In this document: positions 57,304 to 64,000 of the stretch, piece after piece
How the letters are laid out: each line of letters opens with the position of its first letter
Numbering within the stretch: position 1 is the first letter of the stretch
NCBI GenBank assembly: GCA_963743565.1
Contig: CAVUQD010000002.1
Location: 113,604 to 177,603, forward strand
Origin: an uncultured Alphaproteobacteria bacterium
GTDB lineage: Bacteria; Pseudomonadota; Alphaproteobacteria; Rhizobiales; Beijerinckiaceae
Direction of reading: 5' to 3'
DNA length: 64,000 bases
Translations under genes and position numbers: made by a program
Notes under the pieces: model-generated
What the model was told of the DNA's origin: nothing
Seen by the model: the letters and a program-made list of their open reading frames with translations, nothing else
Database searches by the model: none

Positions 57304-59412
57304 ATGCAATGGAAGAATCCCGATGGATCGATCACGACTGGCGTCGTGGTCGAGGACGGCGCCGGAAACAAGATCACATCCTTCTCGGGCGTCGGCGGCT
57401 CAAACGCCAATTTCACACCGAACGGCAACACGGCGCAGCTCTCCGTTTCCTCGGCTAGCGCGCGCGTCGCGCTGCCAGCCGGCGCGACTGTCATGGTGTA
57501 CAACACCGGGCCGCAGCCAGCTTTTGTAGCTTTCGGCGGCAGCGGCGTGCTGGCGACGATCGCAAGCGATGAGGTGCCTTCCGGCGGCGCGTTGCCCTTT
57601 GCGCCGGGCTCCGCGACTTATATCGCCGCAATCACGGCGAGCGGCGCAACGAACCTCAACATTACGGGCGGCTCGGGCCTCGGTTTCGCGCTGAGCGGCG
57701 GCGGCGGTGGCGGCGGCGCCAACGCCTCTGTGAGTGCAACCGGCTCGACGGCTCCGAGCTCAGCGACGGAAGTGGGCTTCATCGACAGCTCAGGCAGTTT
57801 GCGCGCGCCGTCGAAGACCTATCCCTTCCCCAACGCGATCACCGACCCCGCGGCCGGATATCAGTCCGCCGTGCTCGCCTTCCACAACACCGACAACCAA
57901 GCGCTCAGTGGAACCACCTACGGGCTCAACACCGGCGGCGTCGCGCAGCTCGTCAACAATGTGGGAAATCTCGACCGGCAGCGGGAGACAGGCTTCGACG
58001 GCATTCCCTCCGTCGGCGTCTCCGCGGGCGCGCAGCAGCTCGCCGGGCCGCCGCTTTCGACGACCGTCACCTCCGGCGCGATCACCGCCTCGGGCTCGCC
58101 GCAGAACGTCACGCTCGGCGCGATCTCCTTCACCAATCGCGGCGTGACGACGGTCTTGCAGGCCGGCTCTCAGCTCCTCGTCGACGCGGCCGCGAATCAG
58201 GAAGCCGTCTTTCTAACTTCGGTCAACACCTCGACCAAGGTCGTGCAGGCGATCTTCGCCAAGAGTCATGCGGCGAGCGTCGGCGTCTCCGTCTTCGCGT
58301 ATAACCAGGCGCGCGACGCGACGATCCCGGACGGCTCGACGCCAGCGGGCATCGCGGCGAGCGCCGCCTATTTCTTCAACGCGCCGGCGCAGACCGTCGA
58401 GATGGAGCGCTCCGCCGCCGGCGAGCTTGACGGCGCCACGGGGATCGGCACGGCGCTTGCTGCCGAATATGAGTGGAACGCCGGCGGTCCGCTCACCAAC
58501 GCCGGCGCGATCTCGGGACTGGCCTTCGATCGTGCGCGCAATCTGCAGGGCAAGGGCGCCGGCGGCTCGACGCTTAACGGCACGGTCGCGGCGGGCGCCG
58601 CTTCACTGACGCTCAATGCAGCCGTGGGACTCAATCCCGGTCAACAAATCCGACTCGACGCGGGCGCAGGCGTCGAAGAGTCGGCCTATGTCTCGCCGAG
58701 CTACACGGTCGGCTCTCTCGCCGTTCCGCTGCAATCGGCGCTCGCCAATGCTCACTCGAATGGCGCGACGGTCGCCTGGGATGTTTTTGTCTCGGCGGGG
58801 CCAGGCCTCAACGGCTTCACGCCGACCGGCGTCGGGATCGAGGAGGAGGCGCTCTACGATCCCGTTTCGGCCAAATATTACATCGAGCGCGCCGCGACGC
58901 AGGACGGCTGCGCGCCGCAAAACGTCGTCATCGAAGCGCCGGGGCTGTGGAACGGAACGACGATCGACCGTGCGCGCGAGGTCATCGGCGACGGCCAGGC
59001 CGCCACCGGCATCGCCGTCAAGGCGCTGATGCTTTGGAACGGCGCGACCTACGATCGCGCCAGCGGCAGCGCCGCCTACGGCCTCTATGCGGCGCCGAAG
59101 CCGCTCGCCCCGGTCGCGACGAGCGTGGCGGCCTCGTCGCTGGTGCTAAAGAGCGCCGCCGGCAACCTCATGAGCCTGATGGCCACCTCGACCGTCTCAG
59201 GGTGGCTCATGCTCTTTGACGCGACCACGGCGCCGGGAAACGGCGTCGTCACGCCGAAGTGGGTCTACCCGATCGCCGCAGGCGGCGCGCTCAACATGGC
59301 GTGGCCCAACCCACTCGTCTTTGTCACGGGCGTCGTCGCGGTCTTCTCGACGACCGGCCCCTTCACGCTGACGGCGAGCGCGACGGCCTTCATCTCCGGG
59401 CAGGTGCAATAA
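57304..59412 (+). CDS. Large beta-rich hypothetical protein (fibre/spike-like)
   Basis: 702 aa, Gly/Ala/Ser/Thr-rich, recurring DRxR..G motifs. Confidence 0.65.
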   Translation: MQWKNPDGSITTGVVVEDGAGNKITSFSGVGGSNANFTPNGNTAQLSVSSASARVALPAGATVMVYNTGPQPAFVAFGGSGVLATIASDEVPSGGALPFAPGSATYIAAITASGATNLNITGGSGLGFALSGGGGGGGANASVSATGSTAPSSATEVGFIDSSGSLRAPSKTYPFPNAITDPAAGYQSAVLAFHNTDNQALSGTTYGLNTGGVAQLVNNVGNLDRQRETGFDGIPSVGVSAGAQQLAGPPLSTTVTSGAITASGSPQNVTLGAISFTNRGVTTVLQAGSQLLVDAAANQEAVFLTSVNTSTKVVQAIFAKSHAASVGVSVFAYNQARDATIPDGSTPAGIAASAAYFFNAPAQTVEMERSAAGELDGATGIGTALAAEYEWNAGGPLTNAGAISGLAFDRARNLQGKGAGGSTLNGTVAAGAASLTLNAAVGLNPGQQIRLDAGAGVEESAYVSPSYTVGSLAVPLQSALANAHSNGATVAWDVFVSAGPGLNGFTPTGVGIEEEALYDPVSAKYYIERAATQDGCAPQNVVIEAPGLWNGTTIDRAREVIGDGQAATGIAVKALMLWNGATYDRASGSAAYGLYAAPKPLAPVATSVAASSLVLKSAAGNLMSLMATSTVSGWLMLFDATTAPGNGVVTPKWVYPIAAGGALNMAWPNPLVFVTGVVAVFSTTGPFTLTASATAFISGQVQ

Positions 59413-61268
59413 TGATGAAGCGCTTTCTTTTCTCCACAGCGCTGTCCTTCAGCCTCGCGCCCGCGCTCGCGCAAGAGGGCGGCTCGTTTGTTCCAGGCGG
59501 CTCGAGCACGCTTACGCCCGGCTCGACGTCGACCTCTGGCTTCTCCGCGGGACAACTTTTGTACAGCAATGGATCGACTTTGCAGGCGCTTGGGCAGGGC
59601 GTCTCGGGACAATTCCTGCAGAGCAATGGCGCCGGCGCGACGCCGAACTGGGCGAGCGCTTCGGGCTCCGGCACGGTCAACAGCGGGACGCAATATCAGG
59701 TCGGCTGCTATCTGACGACGGGCTCCGCGATCTCCGGCTGCGGAAACCTTACGCTGAACGGCGCGACGGCCGCGATCGGCGCCAACGGCACGCCGGGAAA
59801 CTTGCTCGTTTGGGGAAATATCGCGGGCCAATCCTCGACGCTCAGCGCCTCGACCTATTCGGGCGCGACGAGCTTCGTCATGCCCTATTCGGGCACGGCG
59901 AACGATCCATTGCTTTCCGCAGCCTCCACCGCGACCCTCAGCAACAAGACCTTCTCGGGCGCGACGAATGTCTGGCAAGGCGGCGTCATCGGCGCGACTT
60001 ATGGCGGGACCGGCGTCAATAACGGCTCGAGCACGATCACGCTCGGCGGATCGCTCACCTTCTCTGGAGCCTACACCTTCGCCGGCACACTGACCGGCGC
60101 GACCGCGATCACCTTCCCGACCTCCGGCACGCTGCTCGCCAATCCGATGACGGCGCCAGGCGATCTGATCCTCGGGGGGACGGCCGGCGCTCCGTCTCGG
60201 CTCGCGATCGGCTCGAACAACACCTGCCTCACCAGCAATGGCGCGACCGCAAGCTGGGGCTCCTGCGGAACTGCATCGCCCGGCGGCGCGAGCGGACAGA
60301 TCCAGATCAACAACGCCGGCGCCTTCGGCGGCTCGGCGAACCTCACATGGTCCAGCCCGGCGCTGACGATCGGCGCACAGGGAACGACGCTCGGTCAGCT
60401 CGCGCTCGCCTCCTCGGCCGCTTTCACGACGACGCTCCAGCCCTCGGCCTCCGCCACGGCTTCCTACACGTTGACGCTGCCGCCCGCGGCGGCGACCGCC
60501 GCGCAATGCCTGCAGACGACGGCGGCGGGCGCCGCGCTCACCTTCGGCTCCTGCGGCGGCGCGGCGACTCTGGCGGTCGGCTCGACGGCGACGAGCGGCG
60601 GCGCGGCCGGGCAGATCATGTACGACACGGGATCATTGCTGCAGGAGCAGGCGAATTTCGTTTGGGACTCGACCAACCACAGCTTCAACCTCTTCAACGT
60701 CACCGGCACGAATTACGAGCAGTTCAATCTGGGCTGGTCGTCGAACGTCGCGATGCTCGCCATCTCCAAAGGTGGCACGGGCACGCTGCGCAACTTCGAG
60801 CTGACGGTCGGCGGCACGAATATCCTCGACTATGGCGTGCAGACGGCGAGCACGCTCACGCTCGGCGCCAACGGCACGGCCAATGTGGTGACGGGCGGCG
60901 GCGGAGTTGGCTTCAATAAAAGCGGATCGGGCGCAAACGCGGTTATTGTCGCCGGTTCCTCCGGTTACGGATGGGCCAGCGCTGGCTCCGTCACCACAAT
61001 TCCCGCTGCCGATACGTCTCTCTGCCGCGCGGCGGCGGGCGTGGTCGAAGTCGGCTCGGGCTCCAGTTGCGCGACCACGGGAACCCTTCGCGCGAAGGTC
61101 GTCGGAACGCCAACGGGCTACACGGTCGCGACGCTCCCGACCGGAACGACTGGCGACCGCACCTATGTCACCAACTCGACGTCCTGCACGAAGAACGGAA
61201 CTTTGACGGGATCGGGATCGATCTTCTGCGCCGTCATCTACAACGGCTCGGCATGGGTGGGCGAGTGA
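59412..61268 (+). CDS. Fibre-like Gly/Ser/Thr-rich protein with an N-terminal signal peptide
   Basis: TAATG overlap; MMKRFLFSTALSFSLAPALA signal; TLPPAA and TLSNKT fibre-type motifs. Confidence 0.65.
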   Translation: MMKRFLFSTALSFSLAPALAQEGGSFVPGGSSTLTPGSTSTSGFSAGQLLYSNGSTLQALGQGVSGQFLQSNGAGATPNWASASGSGTVNSGTQYQVGCYLTTGSAISGCGNLTLNGATAAIGANGTPGNLLVWGNIAGQSSTLSASTYSGATSFVMPYSGTANDPLLSAASTATLSNKTFSGATNVWQGGVIGATYGGTGVNNGSSTITLGGSLTFSGAYTFAGTLTGATAITFPTSGTLLANPMTAPGDLILGGTAGAPSRLAIGSNNTCLTSNGATASWGSCGTASPGGASGQIQINNAGAFGGSANLTWSSPALTIGAQGTTLGQLALASSAAFTTTLQPSASATASYTLTLPPAAATAAQCLQTTAAGAALTFGSCGGAATLAVGSTATSGGAAGQIMYDTGSLLQEQANFVWDSTNHSFNLFNVTGTNYEQFNLGWSSNVAMLAISKGGTGTLRNFELTVGGTNILDYGVQTASTLTLGANGTANVVTGGGGVGFNKSGSGANAVIVAGSSGYGWASAGSVTTIPAADTSLCRAAAGVVEVGSGSSCATTGTLRAKVVGTPTGYTVATLPTGTTGDRTYVTNSTSCTKNGTLTGSGSIFCAVIYNGSAWVGE

Positions 61269-61282
61269 AGAAGGAGAGACGC

Positions 61283-61561
61283 ATGAAGCTGAGCATTGGC
61301 GCGTTTGCGGCGATCGTGTTGTTGTCGCTTCCGGCTTTTGCCGAAGTTCCAGACCTCCCGAGCGCGGCGCCGCCCGCCGCGGAAAAACGCGTCACGGATT
61401 TAGAGCAGCAGGTCACAGTCCTTTCCGAGCAAGTCAAACGCGCCGACGCGATCATTGCCGGACTTTCCCGCCAACGGAACGAAGCGATGGACCGCGCCCT
61501 GCTGATGGAGACGCGCGCGCTCGCGGCCGAAGCTATCATTCCCAAGGACGCCAAAAAATAA
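61283..61561 (+). CDS. Small signal-peptide coiled-coil protein
   Basis: RBS AAGGAG; MKLSIGAFAAIVLLSLPAFA then a heptad region. Confidence 0.7.
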   Translation: MKLSIGAFAAIVLLSLPAFAEVPDLPSAAPPAAEKRVTDLEQQVTVLSEQVKRADAIIAGLSRQRNEAMDRALLMETRALAAEAIIPKDAKK

Positions 61562-61571
61562 GGATCGATCG

Positions 61572-63734
61572 ATGTTTCGAGGCCTGGCTCTCAACCGAAT
61601 CGCGGCGGTGGTCCTTCTTTTGGCTGGAGCATCCTTCATCCCGCTTCTTATCGCCATTGGCGCGATTTTCTTGGCGGCGCGCGAGGCCCATACCGCGCCG
61701 CTGCCAACCGCCCTGACCTTCCTCGGCTACGGGCAATCCACGATGCAGGCGCCGGGCACAACCGTGCTTTCCGCCGGCCTCACCTGCACCTTCTCGACCA
61801 CGAGCGGCGGCCAGGTCACGATCGCCGGACTCAGCGGCACGCCGCTCTCCGGCGTGCTCTCGGGAGCCCCGCTCGCGGCGGCCGGTCTACCGACATCGCC
61901 CGCGCTCATTCAGACGACCGGTTTCGTATCGGGCACGAGCGGCGGCAACGGAACCTATTCCGTCAACGTCTCGACGACGCTTGGTCCCGTCGGCTGCTAT
62001 GTCGGGACAGAAACGACGTTCGGCGCGTCGCTAACCGGATCGAACATCAATTCCAACGCCTTCATGATCAACACGAGTCCGGTTCTCGGGCCGCGCGCCA
62101 TGTGGGAGACGCTCAACGGCTCGAACTGCAACAATTCCAAGCCCGTCATTCCGTCGAACTGGTCGGGCTTCGCATTGCTGAAAGAAACAGCCTACAGCCA
62201 GAGCTGCGGCGGCGGCTTCCTGATCGAAACGCCGCTATCGAGCTTCGTTGCGCAGTTCATCGCGCAAACCGGCTGGAGCGCGCCGAACGCCGTCGTCGCC
62301 GCGAACATGGCGCATGGCGGTTTGGACTGGAACGCGACGCAACCGAACACGCTCTCGCCCGGAAGCAAGAGCACTTCCGACTGGACTAATCTCGTCACGG
62401 CGCAGAAATATATCAAGAACGCCGTGCAATCGAACGCGAGCGCGCTGCCGGGCATCACCGGGCCGTGGACCTATCGCCTCGGTGGCGTTCCGCTGCGCCT
62501 CGGCGAGAGCGCGGCGGCGCCGTCGAGCGGTATGGCCGCGACCGCGGCCTTCACGACCTCCTCGGCGACGATCCCTGTCAATACGAATACCTACAACCTA
62601 AACATCGCAGGCTGGTGCGTCTATGACTCCACGGCGAGCGCCTTCATCGGCTATGCGGTCTCCTGGACTGGAACCACGCTCACGCTGCAATCCGCGAGCC
62701 TCGCGGCAAGTTCCGGATCGACCGACAACTTCTATATTTCGCCCTGCTATGCGGGCTACCTCGCCACGCTGCAATCCATCGTGGCGCAACTCACGGCGTC
62801 AGACGTCTCCGACGCGCCCAACCCCGCCGGCGTGCCGATCTTCGCCACGGCGCCGTCATCGACCAATTTCACGGCGGCGCAGGGCCAGTTTCAATTCGTC
62901 GTCAACGCCGCGATGGTGACGGAAGCGCTCGCCGATCGCCGCTACGTCCATGCCGGGCCTGGCTTTATTGGGAAGTTTCAGAGCGACTCTGTCCATCAGG
63001 AGCCGCACGGCAACGCGATGGCCGGCGCCTATATGGGAAAATGGGCGGCGTGGACTCTGACGGGCAAGCGGACGCCGCCCTTCGCGATGATCTCCGCGCA
63101 ACGCCTCGGGCCAGGATCGGTCGATGGCAACGGCTCGCACTATGGCGTGCGCGTGACCTTCCAAATGCCGCCGTCTCAGCCCTGCGTCGCGCCCGGCGCG
63201 AACGGGCAGAGCTGCGCGTCAAACGTTTCGGCGGCGCAGCAGCAGGTCTTGCAGTTCTACAGCGACGGCGACATTCCGCTTTGGACAGGCGGCAACTACG
63301 GCTTCTGCTATACGGACGGGGCCTATCCGGCTGGCGGCTCGACCTTCTTCAAATATTGCGGCGCGGCGGCCAGCGGCATTTCGATTGCGAGCCTTCCGAT
63401 CCTCGCGACGTCGAACAGCTACACGGCGGGCGGACAGCCGAACCAGATCGACATCGCGCTGACGGGCGACCCCAACACGGCGAGCAATCCGACCATTAGC
63501 CTCGGCGCGGCTTCGACCGGCAATGGCATTACGATCTGGGGCGTCGCCAACGTGCATCTCTATCTGCACAACGTCGCGAACAAGGATTGCACGATCCCCG
63601 GCAATTCGGCTCTCTCGGGCAACGCGTACAAGAACGCGGTTTGCGACGGCGTCGGAACGGCGCTCAACTATCTCATCGACTTCGCGGCGCCGAGCTTCAT
63701 CGGCGTCGGCCAGACTCTCACGACGGCATGGTGA
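61572..63734 (+). CDS. SGNH/SASA-like carbohydrate esterase domain protein with a hydrophobic N-terminus
   Basis: FLGYGQS (block I-like), MAHGG, LRLGES, DSVH (DxxH-like). Confidence 0.6.
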   Translation: MFRGLALNRIAAVVLLLAGASFIPLLIAIGAIFLAAREAHTAPLPTALTFLGYGQSTMQAPGTTVLSAGLTCTFSTTSGGQVTIAGLSGTPLSGVLSGAPLAAAGLPTSPALIQTTGFVSGTSGGNGTYSVNVSTTLGPVGCYVGTETTFGASLTGSNINSNAFMINTSPVLGPRAMWETLNGSNCNNSKPVIPSNWSGFALLKETAYSQSCGGGFLIETPLSSFVAQFIAQTGWSAPNAVVAANMAHGGLDWNATQPNTLSPGSKSTSDWTNLVTAQKYIKNAVQSNASALPGITGPWTYRLGGVPLRLGESAAAPSSGMAATAAFTTSSATIPVNTNTYNLNIAGWCVYDSTASAFIGYAVSWTGTTLTLQSASLAASSGSTDNFYISPCYAGYLATLQSIVAQLTASDVSDAPNPAGVPIFATAPSSTNFTAAQGQFQFVVNAAMVTEALADRRYVHAGPGFIGKFQSDSVHQEPHGNAMAGAYMGKWAAWTLTGKRTPPFAMISAQRLGPGSVDGNGSHYGVRVTFQMPPSQPCVAPGANGQSCASNVSAAQQQVLQFYSDGDIPLWTGGNYGFCYTDGAYPAGGSTFFKYCGAAASGISIASLPILATSNSYTAGGQPNQIDIALTGDPNTASNPTISLGAASTGNGITIWGVANVHLYLHNVANKDCTIPGNSALSGNAYKNAVCDGVGTALNYLIDFAAPSFIGVGQTLTTAW

Positions 63735-63739
63735 CGCTG

Positions 63740-64000
63740 ATGTCTCTTAGCAGCATTTTGAGGCGGGCGACTGCAGCCTCGCCGTTCCTGATCGGTATTG
63801 CGTTGACGCTCTCGACGGTCGCCGCCTTCGGCGGATGCGGCGTGAGCTGCTATCCCGGAGAAGAGCAGATAGGCCTCTGGCCAAACGTGATGGCCGACCT
63901 CGTCGCGCAGCCGGCGTCTTCTTCCAACGCTTATTGGGACGAACAGCAGCAGGCGTACAACTGGCTCACGACTTCCGCGCCGACGCTAACGAGCAACGTC
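63740..64000 (+). CDS. Hypothetical protein, truncated by the window end, signal-peptide-like start
   Basis: ATG 63740 is open to the end; MSLSSILRRATAASPFLIGIALTLSTVAAFG. Confidence 0.55.
   Translation, partial: MSLSSILRRATAASPFLIGIALTLSTVAAFGGCGVSCYPGEEQIGLWPNVMADLVAQPASSSNAYWDEQQQAYNWLTTSAPTLTSNV

Larger units (their letters stand above)
38458..64000 (+). mobile_element. Phage-derived head-tail gene cluster (GTA-like element or domesticated prophage); right end lies outside the window
   Basis: Co-oriented terminase-portal-protease-capsid-neck-tail-tip genes; no integrase, replication or repressor gene at the left edge; host-like GC. Confidence 0.85.

Noticed and set aside
61283-61561. 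Small coiled-coil gene as a spanin or holin
   Set aside because: No adjacent endolysin or lipoprotein partner in the window; the lysis role is unsupported
1-64000. Many long antisense or overlapping ORFs (e.g. 1418-2572, 30128-31702, 39520-41424, 48646-50007, 59265-60506)
   Set aside because: They shadow well-supported genes in GC-rich DNA and show no recognisable motifs
1-64000. CRISPR array, rRNA, reverse transcriptase or DGR template repeat
   Set aside because: None seen. The three 25-nt repeats lie inside coding sequences at irregular spacing, and no AAC-rich copy was found by eye.

Overview
This is a GC-rich alphaproteobacterial (Hyphomicrobiales-like; inference from gene content and synteny) chromosomal window: housekeeping backbone interrupted by three accessory blocks. 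(1) 3248-16379 is a ~13 kb island integrated at the 3' end of tRNA-Gln(CTG) by a large serine recombinase. It carries a TIR - MoxR - vWA-like/FGE operon whose three FGE (C-type lectin fold) domains end in DGR-like variable regions sharing an identical 25-nt 3' tail. A truncated HRDC-type DGR accessory gene is present, but there is no RT or template repeat in the window. The island also has XRE/ImmA regulators and a RES gene broken by an IS21 element. The recombinase's apparent native C-terminus lies at the opposite end of the island, so excision would swap its tail. (2) 24.2-30.0 kb is a defence hotspot next to rsmE: a TA pair, an orphan antitoxin, and a type II Zorya-like operon whose zorB is split by an IS3-family element with a 4-bp duplication. 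An AT-rich orphan gene lies at 33.3-35.2 kb. (3) From 38.4 kb to the window end is a compact phage head-tail cluster with no integrase, replication or repressor genes at its left edge. It has an RcGTA-like terminase and tail-tip genes in a rearranged order, a different capsid module, and distal genes with signal peptides; it is a candidate atypical gene transfer agent or domesticated prophage. All family assignments come from motif recognition by eye; no database searches were run.
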